From Tubulanus polymorphus (taxonomy: Eukaryota > Animalia > Nemertea): 64,000 nucleotides of DNA. Location: positions 11,912,655 through 11,976,654 of the forward strand of contig NC_134033.1 of the NCBI RefSeq assembly GCF_964204645.1, given 5' to 3'. Below are positions 12,483 to 26,138 of this stretch, piece after piece; the first letter of the stretch is position 1, and the number at the start of each line of letters is the position of its first letter. The notes under the pieces were generated by a model. That model was not told the origin of the DNA and did not search any database. It saw nothing but the letters and a program-made list of their open reading frames with translations. A program made the position numbers and the translations under genes.

Positions 12483-12827
12483 GTTATTTTCTCGTTTAAG
12501 TTTCAGCGCGGCGCGACATTTCGGGCACTTGCGCAGATTACCGGGCCCGTAACGCGACGACTGGTTTATCCATAACAACGCCAACAAACGTAGAATGGCG
12601 CGTTTGTGGCGATTACGACGATACGTGTCGATGAACTCTTTCGTGCTGCCCGTACTCATCAATGTATCGACTCCTACCCACACGCGTAAAGTTGACAAGA
12701 ATATCTGGTCCATTTTACGCACGACGACCACGTCGCCACAGCAACTATTGTTGTTGTTGTTGAGTAGCTCGCCGCCGCAGCCGGTTCCGTCTGCATCCAC
12801 CACGGAAACGGTAAACGTCGGTTTCAT
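12483..12827 (-). CDS. Candidate proximal alternative first coding exon of CASK (ATGs at 12827, 12713, 12659)
   Basis: 115-codon CpG-rich open frame. A phase-0 AAC|GTACGA donor would leave an 89-nt intron to the LYDRI exon. The donor is weak. Confidence 0.5.
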
Positions 12828-15800
12828 CAAACGACGTCGGATTGAATCGACCGTTACATAGTGTTATCGAAACGTTATTCACAATCTCGCGCGATAGAGT
12901 TCCGAAAATCGAAATGAAAGGAGATTCTTTTTCATCTAAAGCCCAGCATGATCTACCCTTTCAGCCTATTCGCTGATAAAAAAGTCTCTATCTCTTTATC
13001 TAATTAATTCAATGGGGGGCCTTTAATGTAACTGCATTGTCCCAGGCAAGGCTTCTGTTAGTAGTATTTCAGTCTTCCGTGCTTCAATTTCCTAAATATC
13101 TCAATAGAAATTGAATGAACTTTTCTAAACCAAAGCTCCAAAAGTTTTCAGTTGTAAATCTTTTTAGAGGCTTGTACCGAACTGCTTGGAGTTAAGTGCC
13201 TAAAGATCCGGTTCAAAGTAGATTGAAGATGTCTAATTCTGACTACGAAAGACAGAGAGTCACGCCATCTGGCGGGATAACTGGTGTTGTGGTTTCCCAA
13301 TGTAGTATTTCTTCCAAAACATTGTTTCAAACTTGCTATGAATTTATGATTGGTGATCGCCGTAGATCATCTTATGTAGTGTATTCCTCTATACAAATCG
13401 ATGATCATGCTTGATCATTGCGGATTGTTGATCATTTGTATCGCATACCACAAGCCAAATCTTGGAAGTTATTTCTGACAAAATTTATAAGTACGCAACA
13501 GATACACAATCATACGATACAATTTAAATCACGCAAAATCATCGGTGCAGTATGCCCTGTCATACCAATCAGTGATCACACGTGATCACGAAGATGTAAA
13601 TTTACGACGCAACGGAATGATTCTGTATCAGGTCCGGCGGCAATTAATCCACGATTGAAGATCATCAGCGCCGATAACGATGTCATGAAATTCAGCGTAG
13701 CACGAATACCTCATCTCGCAACCGGTGACACCGCGTTGTAAAACTGTCTGTACGGATTAATGTCACAAACGTAGAATTTATTCCAGCATCTAGATTTTGA
13801 ATGGTATGGAAATTTGTGAACTAATATGCACGCGATAAGTTTAATCGCTTCATACAATAAGATAAATAAGATTATCAAATATTATAGGCCTATATATCCG
13901 AACAAAAGATGCAGAATTTTCAACTGAGGCAAGTAAAATGCTAACGAGAATACACTGACCCGGCTCCATAGTTCTAAGCTGAAATGTGACTTAACCCTCT
14001 CACTGACATAAATGGTATATCCCAATTTATTTTCAATTTCAGTGACTAATAATATATTGCATGTATCTGAATGAAAGATGTATAATTTCAACCAAGGCAA
14101 GAAAAATGCTCTTGAGAATTGACCTGGTTTGTACTTTGATGAAATGCGACTTTTACAGTTAACTAATTTCAGAAGAAAAGATTTCATATCGGAAAAAAAT
14201 AATGCTGGACCCAATTCAATGGTTGCGAGTTGGCTCAATCCAGTTAGTTAGACCTCAAAGTGTATCATAGAATCGAATCTAAACAGTTCGGAAAAAAGTT
14301 TCCGAAAAAATAAAAGACCGATAATTGTGAACCAGACAAAAAAATACTGCCATTCAAATATACCTGATAAGTGACCCAAGTTTGAAGCATCGCTTCTAAG
14401 CACAATATACCGGTATCCATGCATATCTGTGGATGACAATCTTCACAACAAATATTTGAGCAGTCATTTGTAACCTCAATGGCCTTGATCTATCATATAT
14501 TCGAACACGGGAGTGACATATACAGGCAATCGCTCCCACAACTACTGAACAAAACGCTCCAGACTCTGCCAGTGACTCGGCAGGCATCCGGATGCCGCGA
14601 TAAGATGGCCGAATACCGAAAATATTTGCCAACAAATTCTTCTTACGCCGACGCTAAAAGTCAGATTCCGATCAGTGACTTACTTACTTTGAGGCAAATA
14701 CGTATCAGACCTCTCAGTACAGACAATATACAGTGTTACTGTGTGAAAGATTTATCCAAACGTTCCAAGTCATTCATACTTTCATGTGAACAAACTCGGG
14801 GACAATTTCCTTAGAAGTGTTTTGCATTTGCAACTTTTGTTCAACACCAGAGATAAGACATGATAAACAAAATAATGATTTGAATGATTTTTGGTCATAA
14901 GACGCTGGAAAACAACTTCCGACAAGAATCCAGTTAATCTTAAATGTATCGAACCATCTCCAAGTATGGTGATTCGGCATAGAATATCTGATGGATGCAG
15001 GGTCCAGCGACATACACCACACTGAATATATTCATTTATTGAGATTGCAAGAAAGACCCTTACCCTTACTGAAATTACAGCACAATCTTATTGAGAGTAT
15101 ATAATTCTATTAGAGTTGACCACAGAGATTTGATAACATCGTACTCTGTACGGCCTGCCGGCGGAAATCGAGTGTGACTCTTCAGTTACTACCACGACGT
15201 GTTTACCATATTCATAAGAGTCTTAATGCGTAATACTGTAATACGTTGTTGTCATCGTATATGGTTAATAAATATGTATGCGTTCAACTTGTTAGCATTA
15301 TTACTTAGTTGATGTACGATGTGAATTTCTTTTGGTGGATGAAATTTCAATGTTAGCCCCCCCCCCCCCCCCCGGTTATGGTGGCAATAATCATTGGTCC
15401 AATAGTCAACCGGCTAGGTTTTACTAGCTTTGGTCGTAAAACAGAAGTCAAAATGTTATAAATTAGTTTTCGCAGTTTGTTCGTTTGTCAGTCGAGCAAA
15501 ATACCCATCAGATTTCACGATCAAATCAGCTCTGATTCATACAACATTTTTGGCAGTTGCCGCCATCTTCCAATAGATAAAAACTAATTACTAATAATAT
15601 CATACACCGTAGTGCGGCGTACTAGCCAAGTCCATTAGCAATCAATACACTGCACCATGGTGCAGACGTACTGTATGGGTTAAAATGTTGCAAGTCAACC
15701 GGGTTGAATCAACAGTGTATGGACCATTCATGAATTAAGAGGGCCGAGGGACTAATCATTGTATTGCTAGGTACGATAAGCGGACATTTTTTTCAAATGT

Positions 15801-16430
15801 CGCGACAAATCAACCGTAAAACCGACGGTGAAAAGAACAAGTCTGACAGACGAAAATCAGAAGACGATTTCTGCGCGGTTGACACGACGACGCCGATGTA
15901 TTCTCCAGTCGAACGCTTGTACGATCGGTTTTAATCAGTCAAGTTATCAGTCGTCTTGTCGTCCCTCGTTCCGTCGTTATCTATCAAACTTCTAACAGCG
16001 ACGGCGCATCTCCCGGATCATCGGTATTCATCGCGCGTTCCAGCGGCGTCGTATAAACGCTCGCTCTAGAGATTAAACAATCCGTTTAATTTGAAACACA
16101 CGAATAAGAACGTTTTACAACTACTGGGACCGCAGTTGTAGCAGTGACAACAAAGGTGCGTGAGAAAAACCTCTCAAACCTGCTTTACGACTAGGTGACT
16201 TCATACGCGAATAGAATACGAAGAAGATTTCTTCAAAAGCCACGATCACACGAGCATTTTTGGCCCAAAGATTATTCAATTAAATCAAAATTAAAAGACA
16301 CATTTGTGTATATTATTAAATGGCAATTTGCTGATGCCGTAGGGAATCTAGGGGACATCCATATTCAATTGGAAGGGTCTAATGTCCAATAACTAGCAGG
16401 GAGTGATCTTTTTAATGACAGGTACTTTAA

Positions 16431-16660
16431 GCCGGGCGTAGGTCGACCTTGCGATGTGACGCGATCGTCGCAGTGCGACACAAGTGGGGGCGTAAGTCGG
16501 TTGGCGACGCGATTGTCAGCGACTGTGTGCGACTAGTTGCTCCCAGTCGCAAGAGCGCGTAGATCGGTTGCGACGGTCGCGTCGCGTCGCAGAAAGTAAA
16601 ACATGTGCGACTCATTGCGACTGGCTTCGCTGGCAGTCGCAATGTAGCGTAGGTCCCGGC
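16431..16660. mobile_element. GC-rich palindromic MITE (Harbinger-like)
   Basis: ttaa|gccggg ... cccggc|ttaa ends with many internal gtcgc/gcgac motifs. A similar degraded element is near 32443-32585. Confidence 0.6.
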
Positions 16661-19165
16661 TTAACAAAGAAACAAAGACATTCAATAACTATCAAGCAAT
16701 TTGTGGATGTCATAAGGGGATTCACAAGACAGCCCTATGTCATAGAAGGCAAACATGCCCAATAAAGTAACTTAGGAAGCGGCCATGGAAAACCCAGACA
16801 AGCATGTCAAGAGAAGCACTTAACCTGTCGACTCGGCACAAAAAAGTCAAACCCGTCGTGATCAGAAGATTTCGTATCTTTTGCGATAAAAACATTCTTC
16901 ACGCCGCTGTCTGTAATGGTATTATGAATAGCGGTCTGTAATGGTATTATGAATGTGACAACGTGTCGTATTTCCCGACACATCGATGATGACTGCAGCT
17001 ATGAGAGATGTTTTTAAGCGCGTTGATGCGAGCGTTGAGGCTAATAAAGACGAGTACTTCGCTAATCGGTGAAAAGAAACAGACATGTGTGTGTCTGAGG
17101 GAGATCTATAAATCAATAATCGAACTCACGCAGTCAGCGACTAATACTCGCACTTCAGAGTAACGCTATGAATTGCAAAAACAGATGCCGAGTTTTAACC
17201 CTCTTCTAAACAAGAGGTTTAAGAGGGTTTTTCTGAGTATCGTTATGGGCAGATTTGAAAGTTTTGACAAACTTAAGCCACACGAGCAAATTTGGAATGT
17301 GGCCTTAAGTTTGTCAAAAGCCGCAATCACACAAAGCTGTTCACACATTAACATTATTGACATTCTTGTCGACTTAGTTAACATTTCGAGAAAGGATGAG
17401 CTCATCCCAACCAGCAATATACAAAGTCCCCAATCCATGATTTAGACTTTACATGATTTACGCACGTGAATGCATTCTCTAAATTAAGTACGGGTCACTG
17501 GGGATCTATTCGGTCTAGTTTGACCCGGGCTAAAGCGTCTCCATGTGATTGCAGCCATATAGAATGGCCTCATATGTCAATAGACAAGTGATGGTCTATT
17601 GAAATCAGAGAATATCCCACAACTACAGAGAACAACTATAGGAATGCTCACTATAACCCAAAGTGCTAGAGATAATATGAACATTTCCAAAAATTCCACC
17701 CCGGTGTAATGAATAATGGGCATACAGCTTTAGTTTCTTTGGTTATCAATAATTCACTATTTTTGACAAGTGCTGCCATCTTTCATTAGAGTTAAAAACT
17801 AATTACTAATTACACTGTGATGCGGTGTACTATAGCAGAGTCCATTATCGATTTATACACCGCACTGAACGGGTTAAATCATCACTCAACGCAATTTGTC
17901 ACCATTTTTCATAAACGACAAAATGCGGCCACCAAATTGCATACATTAAAAGGTCAACTGACGAAATGCGATGAAGGTTTTTAAGAACCGGTGAATGTGG
18001 CCAACACGAGCGGAAATTCATCTTTCATACGCATAAATTTAATCCGACAACATATTTGCAGACAGACGAGAGCTTTCTCTCGGTCGAGTTTCTGATAAAT
18101 GGATACTTGCCGCGTGTTCAGTGCTCATCACCTTTTTTATACATTGCCTCATAAAACATCTAAACGCGTCTGTAAGAATAATCTATGCAGAATGTATTAA
18201 ACAGCTGTGATTGTAGCGGGACTCATCCGTGTCTGCGATATCGTTGTTATATCGTTAAATATTTTCATGTTTTCAACATATCTCGGAATGTCTAGATATA
18301 TCGAAAATCTTAATATCACGAAAAATATAAATATATTACGGCAGATCCAGTTTTTCAGAGATCTGATATATATATTGAAATGTCTCAGATTTTCTTCATA
18401 AATTTCTGAACTGTTCTTCCATCGAGTCTGACAGTTGTAGGATATGTTTCATCTCCAATGCCTAAGTTTTGATTTAACCTACTGCAGCAATAGCTCCTAA
18501 GTCGATGGCGATTAAGCCAACAGTAATTCTAAGTGTAACGAATTAACGGCTTATGGATAGGTGTTAATCTGAAGTTCGTGTTGTAACAGTACAACATTCA
18601 GAGAATGAGTTCATATCAGTGCACCAGTGAACAATCAATCAGGTGATTATTTTTCTGTTTTTTTAGTTCCTCCAGATGGCTTTTTGAATCCGATGTCATC
18701 ACATGAGGTAGTCTTCATCGCAGACAGAAGAAATATGGCATCAAATATAAAAGTTCAGAGTGACTATAAAATCTATAAAATTATTCTGATTTTTAGCATT
18801 CTCTGGGTATATTTTTGATAGTAATTAAACAGTACTCTAAAAAGTAGCAACGCCATAGTGAGATGTATAGTTCAGTAATAGCTCTTATAGCTATATAACC
18901 AGATTTATCCAGCCTTTTATGCAACTTATGCAACGAATAAAAAATATCTGTGAAACGCACAGCGACCGATCAGAGTTACGCAACTCAAATAGAGCCCTCT
19001 GATGATGATGATGACTATGAACGACTAATGCTCTGTAAATCTCCGGTCTTCTGCGTAATGGCCAATTACTGATGACATCTGACAGAATCGATTCAGTGGC
19101 CATAATTCAGTGAACCAATGGCAATGGGCACGCTGAGAGAGTACGGATAATGTAAGAGATCAGCT

Positions 19166-19499
19166 AGAGAGAGAGAGAGAGAGAGGGAGAGAGAGGGGGA
19201 GAGAGGAGAGAGGGGGAGAGAGGAGAGAGGGGGAGGGAGAGGGAGGGGAGGGGAGGGAGAGGGAGAGGGAGGGGAGGAGGGGGGGATGGAGAGGGGAGGG
19301 GGAGAGGGGAGGGGAGGGGAGGGGAGGGAGAGGGGGAGGGGAGGGGAGGGGAGGGGAGGGGAGGGAGAGGGGGAGGGGGAGGAGAGGGGGAGGGGAGGGG
19401 GAGGGGGAGGGAGAGGGGGAGGGAGAGAGAGGGAGAGAGAGGGAGAGAGGGAGGGAGGGAGAGGGAGGGAGGGAGAGAGGGAGAGAGGGAGAGAGGGAG
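19166..19499 (+). repeat. ~334-bp homopurine (G/A) low-complexity tract
   Basis: Only G and A except a single T near 19287. It is the source of the spurious Pro/Ser- and Gly/Glu/Arg-rich ORFs. Confidence 0.95.
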
Positions 19500-21344
19500 T
19501 TTTGAGGAGAGCCATATGTACTCTCAGACTGATAGTGGAAGGGGTAGGAGATAGAGGGATGGAAGAAGGAAAATATGGAAAAAGGGATTTGGGGGATCGA
19601 AGAGTAGCAATAAGTGTGACTGAGAGGATATTAGATGCTCTAATTCCAGCAACCGGTTACAAAATCAATCAAAATCATGATTAGCTTCATTTTAGTATCA
19701 CGTTGAATAAGGCTGGTTCCGGGAGACAAGTTCGAAATTAATATCACAAAGAATTGCGTAACTGTTACTCCTCCCTCTAATGGTTTTAGTTAGTCTAATG
19801 ATTTATGCGTAGCTAGGGAGAGAACAAAATTAGCCCCTGGACAACGATTTGAACAAAAAGTTCCAGTTTGAATAGAGAATTTATAACCGGTATCTATATA
19901 GCCAGCCGGGCAGACGGGTGGGCGGGCGCTGCGTACCGATTCTGGCAAAAATAAACACGTTCTACACTTAACTAGAAACTGTGAAAGGATATGCATTCAT
20001 TCAGTGGAGAGAAGTAGAAAGTGTTGTCACTAATAATGAATACATTGATGGTTATATAAACCACTGGCGTTTCCTTTAATCGTGCAACGTCCACAGCTCC
20101 ACAGCTCTGTCCTTCCGTTGATGGCTGTGAAATAATTGTTAGAATTCATTCACTAACGCAGTTTATGACAATTTATTTCCCTTTTATTGTTATCATTATG
20201 TGACAGCTCCACCCCCTCCATCCCCCCACCCCCGGGAGAGTCAACGTATGACTTTAGTGCTGAATAAACCATGGGGTTCGAGTTCACAGTGGTCTATAAA
20301 ACTGGAGTCACAGCTGAAGAACTGGGGCCTGTCGCGTTGGTAAGAGTTAAGTTAATTCAACTGTCAATGTAACATTTATCCAGCAAGTTTTTTGCAACTG
20401 GGTTCTGGAGAAAACACCACAATTATGATGAAAAACTCAGTGAGTATAGTGATGTTTTCACTAAATTCTATGTAACATTCTCAAAACTATATCATGGACG
20501 ATCACATATCTATGGAGATGGAACTTAGTCCTTATTGTACATGTTTAACGGCTTAGAATTGAACATTAAAAACGAATCTAGGTTTTCCCAAAGTGTTTTG
20601 AGTCGAATTTTCCTACAATTTAGTCTCAAACTAAGTAATAAAGAAGCATATGCGTAATTTGAACATATACGAATGAAAAAGTGTTATCAATGAGTGAATC
20701 TTTTGTTATTGATGCTCAAACCCCACCTAAATATAGGCCTGCATTGCGGAGCTCGCTGTACGATATACCAGGGATTTTTTTAGCTCTCTCTCGTTGAACC
20801 ACTGCCGTGAAACCATCTCAGAAACGCAGACGACGCATTTCTGCGATGACGGATCAAATGATGATTAATGTAGCGAAAAGAAACACCTGACTTTAATGTT
20901 TTCATCATCAAACGTCATCAATTCAAATCAGTTCCACACGAGGGAATAGGACGTGCGCACCGGCGGCACACCGTGCTCCGTGCCATGCCACTCGGGAGGC
21001 GTGCGCACATATTGTCTGCCGTTACAGACAAGAACGCGCGCATTACCGCAGCGTCTTAGTCGCCGTATAAAGAAAATCACCGAACTTAAAAGGAATCAAT
21101 CGCGAGGTGGAAATTGTCAGCTAAATTGATGTGACTGCTTTACTGAATATATATTTATATATATATATTTATATATATAAGACTATCAGTGAAATGAAGC
21201 CACAAGAAGAAACGAGACGTATACATTGAATGTATTGACAGAGTGGAGATAAAAACTGATCAGTCTGGTTCTAAAGCCCCTGAAAAGGATGTTTTCATTG
21301 GAACAGTGACATTCTGAATAAAATGGTATTGACCGCATTGCAGT

Positions 21345-21655
21345 AAGTGAAAGACTGACTGATTGCTACGACCAGGATTCAAACACATGAATCCTAGATT
21401 GATGAGAGACCAGTGAAAGACTGACTGACTGCTACCACCAGGATTCAAACACATGATCCCTGGATTGATGAGAGACCAGTGAAAGACTCACTGACTGCTA
21501 CAGCCAGGATTCAAACACATGAACCCTGGATTGATGAGAGACCAATAAAGACTGACTGACTGCTACCACCAAGATTCAAACACATGATTCCTGGATTGAT
21601 GAGAGACCAGTGAAAGACTGACTGCTACAGCCAGGATTCAAACACATGAACCATG
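21345..21655. repeat. Second array of the same 66-bp minisatellite, ~4.5 copies
   Basis: Same unit and orientation as 35489-36235. Confidence 0.93.
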
Positions 21656-22389
21656 GTTTGTAAAAACTGATAGCTAAAGCAACCGTATCTCCCAGACTTG
21701 TCACGCATATCAGAAGATGAAAAAACATGAGATGAACGTCCCAGATGAGTATCAGCCCGAGTCATCATCATCATCATCATCATCATCATCAGCATGAGTC
21801 TGAGAGCTGATACTGCTTGAGGTATTCATTAATCATTCCAGATGAAAGCAGATGAAATACGAAATCAGTGCTTTATTCATCCTAGTCTGCATCCATAGTG
21901 TCGTTATTAAATTGATTGTTGTCATCTTTCAAGTTTCCTATTCAGATTCTGTTGGATTAGCGTTTCCACTCAAATCAGATCTCGGCTAGATCGCGCAAAG
22001 TCATTTCTAATAATTCCGCGTTGAATATCGTCGCAATTAAATGAAGCGCCCGACACCGGAGTGATGCCGGAGTGATGCAGGAGAGATGCTGGAGCGATGC
22101 AGAGTCGGTCGCAGTGAGTTAATATATTTCTATAGCAGAGAGATTTACGCATGGCAAACAACAAATATTCAATTCATCTATCTCCATGTGAGACGAGTCT
22201 TGATTGAGAAGTCGTATCAGATAATGTAATCAATATGGAAAAAAAAACCAAAAGCCGAAATGTCTTGAAGTACATACAAGATTTATTTGTGATGGCATCA
22301 TGAATGTAGCCATAACCTGCGCAATATCATGATTAATTTCAGACGCAACCTTCAATACTTCTGTGGCAATTGAAGATTCAACTTTTAGC

Positions 22390-22680
22390 AAGTGAAGATC
22401 TACCAGGCATGCTACTGTCCACGAGGATCAATTACTGAGGCAATGTAGGATTCCACTCTGAGGATGTGAGGTTCAACCTGGTGCACAGTAGGACATGAAC
22501 TAATCTGGCAATGATGCTTTCCACTTGTGGCAAGCAATGATCGAAGTGTCGCTAGTGTGCAGTAGGACATTAACTACTGCAGCAATGGAGGATTCCACTA
22601 GTGGCAAGTGAGGATCCAACAGGTGCGCTATTGTCCAATAGAACATCAACTACTATGGCAATGGAGGCTTTCACTAGTTT
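22390..22680. repeat. Degenerate ~70-bp tandem array of an interspersed repeat (gtggcaagtgaggatccaccagg core)
   Basis: Core recurs in tandem here and dispersed at ~33365-33410, ~42800-42890, ~49250-49285 (reverse), ~49920 and ~58980. Confidence 0.7.
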
Positions 22681-25600
22681 CAATAGTAAATACTTGTTCT
22701 CGTGCTTCTATTTCTTCCAAATTACAAATGAATGAATTATCGGTGAAAACCATACTCAAAATTCCTCAAAATTCAGTTGAAAGTTGATTGAAAATAAAAC
22801 GATGACATGTAAGACATGTGTCACAGTCTACTATAGATCACTATGTAAACATAGGGAAACAAGTCTCCACCCAGATGAGCCGTATATTCAGCCAGACGAG
22901 CCGTATATTCACCCGCTGTATGGATGAAACGTATAAGCACTAATTACGGATCATACAACTGCTGTATGAGACATAGAACATCACTGCGGGCGAAATTGAT
23001 GAAAAAATCTCCGGTAACTAATGAAGGGTCCGAGTATTGCACCTTAGCCTAAAGCAACGTCTTCGAGAAATAACTTACTGCGCTTAACTACAAAACCATA
23101 CTAAGTATACAGTACAGACTCTTGATTTTCCACCACTATCCACCACTGTTTGGAGCAACGGCTTTTTTGGTGGAGGATAATCGAAGATGGTAGATAACTT
23201 CGACTGACAAAGAACTAATTTTCTAAAATCGGGAAAATCGAAATTTTGGCCGAGGGTTGGCTGCAGTGACAAGTACTCAAACCAACTTCATAGACTTGAA
23301 CAGATGGAAAACATGGTATCAGTGGAGTGAGGCCTGGTTTAATACTCCTATTAAAAATACCTTTTAGATCTACTGAATGCCTCTCACTACCTAACCTACC
23401 CAAGTAGAAACATTTATATAGAAGAAGGAAGGGATTGGAAATGAGCATCGATGAAGCGATGAGTGTCCTAATGCCCCCCCAAAAAAAACTCTAAATCTAC
23501 TGAATGCCTCCTCTTTTTCTGAACATCTCACCCCAATGCCCTTTACTTGGATGAAGAGTATATGAAATACGTTTAAGGAATGTCAAAAACTTGGTCTAAA
23601 AAAACACAAAATTATTGTCTCGTTACCCTTGTTAAACGCCTTATTAGTTCACAAAATTCCATCCGGTGAAAAAAACTTGATCATCGCATCTAAAAATCAC
23701 GAAACTATAGATCCGTCGTATTTTGACATATTGAAATAATGGTTACGTTTAAATCCAATCGCAGTTTAATCCACGCCGATAATCCTAATCAATCTGGGAT
23801 GATAATCCTTATTGATTCGGGTTGATAATCGATTAACATCCAGTTCTACACATTTCGGTTCAATTTGACTTCAGTTTTAAAACATTGGAAACATTTGAAG
23901 TATATTTAACTGATTGTGAAACTGAACCGTAACTGCGGAACTACCAGGTTCAGGATGTAATCGAAATGTAGACGAAATAGTTTGAACGCTACGGCGCGTT
24001 AATGAGAAATCATGAGTGAGTGAATGTTAGAGAGAGAGCGAGAGGTAGTGTGCGTTCACTGTTGTCGCGTAAATACCCGAGCTTCGGCCATTAAAGCATG
24101 TCGCGAGGGAGTGCTGGAAGAACGGTACGCGCGCCGTCGCCACGGTCGTCCGTGGTCGAATCAATACGATCTGTCGCTAATCAAAACGACTCTCGAGACC
24201 GGCGAGGTACCCGGGCAGTCAGGGCTCCACACGGCTGGAACCTTTCAGCATCACCGCGGTAATTATATATAAACACAGTCTGACAGGAGGAGGATGCACA
24301 CACTGCCCCGGTCAACCCATATAATCATTTACACAGCAGGACACTGCCCACGCTTAATGTCCTAAAGTGGAACCTAGAACTGACAACACTGATGTTTAGT
24401 CAATTTCAATAGACAAGTTATATAGTGATATAGACAATTTTGTAATTCAACTGTAATTCAACTAGAGAAAAACCTACAATTATGGAGAAAAACTAAGAGA
24501 GTAAAGACGTTTTGACTCAATTCTAAAGGCTGTTTTCAAAACTGAAGACAATCGACTGTCTACATTTGAATTGAATAAAATTTGAAGGAAAACGCAGGAT
24601 TAAAAACAAAAAAAAGAGAATTTCGACATTCTTATCTGTTTTGAAAATGGCCAATGTCTAGTTGGACCAATACAACGTAAAAATCAATGGAAGGATCATC
24701 CGTAGGATAGGATAAACAAAGTATCACAAATGGTTCACTTAAAAAGAGGTGAAATCAAGCACAAAAGCAACTAACTGTGTATAACAGTTTCCATCATCCA
24801 GACTTTTAACCCTTTCCAAAAGTATCATATATTCAGTAAACTCACCAGATTTTTACAGACGGTAAGATGTTTCACTTTCATATTTAATGTATTTTCAGTG
24901 AAAATTGAAATTTCATCAAAGAAAAAATCCTATCATTCCACACAAAACACCTAAATATGGCCCTGGTCAAGAAAGAGTTAACTGGAATGGATTTTACTCA
25001 GACGCAGTAGATATTTATATCTAGGCACTCGCTAGCATTCGATGACGCGCGATATGAACTCATTATCGGAAACTAATTAACTCCGGCAAAAACTTTCATT
25101 TATTCAGCGGCTCAGCTGATATTGACTGAGCTAACACTTGTCTCATCGGTTTCGCGTCATCGCAGTTTTTAACATTTAATTGGATCTTAACCGAGTTACG
25201 CACTTCAACCCGATGAACAGTCCTCGTTGAGGGTTTACATTCAAAATATTCCCTAGATCCTCATTTTCGATCGGCAAAAACTATAGTAGCATTTTGCGGA
25301 TAAAGCGGAATAATACAGAATTTGTCTGACGGTCCTCTCATCCAAAAATGAAAAAATAAACGCAATCTCGTGCGTACTAGAAGGTAATCAAAATGGTTTC
25401 CATCCTCAATTCACTGTCTGATACCAAGTCATTGGATACCCGGGAGGGGGAGGTGGATGGAGATCCCTTTTAAATAAGACCTTACCGCCATCTACACACA
25501 AACATTTGAACTATCTAATACACCAGTTACTATGCATTATACAAGTTAACTGGGTATTTTCGATAGGTGACACCCAGCCATGTACAGTTTTGCTCTGTAC

Positions 25601-26074
25601 ACAAAGACAAAGCTTATCAAAAGTTCAAAAGGTTAATCTAATTAATGTTGAAGTTGATGAAATGAATCAAGGTTCATTTTCACCAAAAAGTTGGCTCCAA
25701 AATCGATTTATGATAAACTGAATTAATGAAGGAATTAAATCGTTTTAAGAGTTTAGCTGGACCCTGGATTCTAAAATTTGATTGATCTGTAAAAATCATT
25801 TTTCAGGGTTTAACTATGGAATTAGGCTACACATTGCGATACCTTATAACCTGACCACTTTGTAATACATACTTATTAGGATTAAGGCTTAGGGGAAGGT
25901 TGGGGAATGTATTATATAAGTGTAAAGGTAAGGACCTCGGATAGAAAAGTGTTACGATGTAGGCTTATGGTGATTTTATTGCTATCCCTCAACTCAGCGA
26001 GTGCCACTCAGGGCATTATCAACAGGATTGAGGTACCCGGAAAAGAACTTTTGATTAAGACACCGAACTGCGAT

Positions 26075-26138
26075 CAGGATTCAAACCAAACCCTGAAGTG
26101 ATGAAATCAATAGTTGATGACTTAAACCACTCAGCCAA
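26075..26138 (-). mobile_element. tRNA-derived SINE head
   Basis: Minus strand reads TGGCTGAGTGGTTTAAG (A box) ... cagggtttGGTTTGAATCCtg (B-box-like). Related to 53672-53730, which has an intact GGTTCGAATCC. Confidence 0.6.

Noticed and set aside
13880-15100. Cluster of medium ORFs suggesting a degraded retroelement
   Set aside because: No RT, endonuclease or transposase motifs that I could recognise.
19093-19684. Pro/Ser-rich and Gly/Glu/Arg-rich ORFs
   Set aside because: Artefacts of the homopurine tract.
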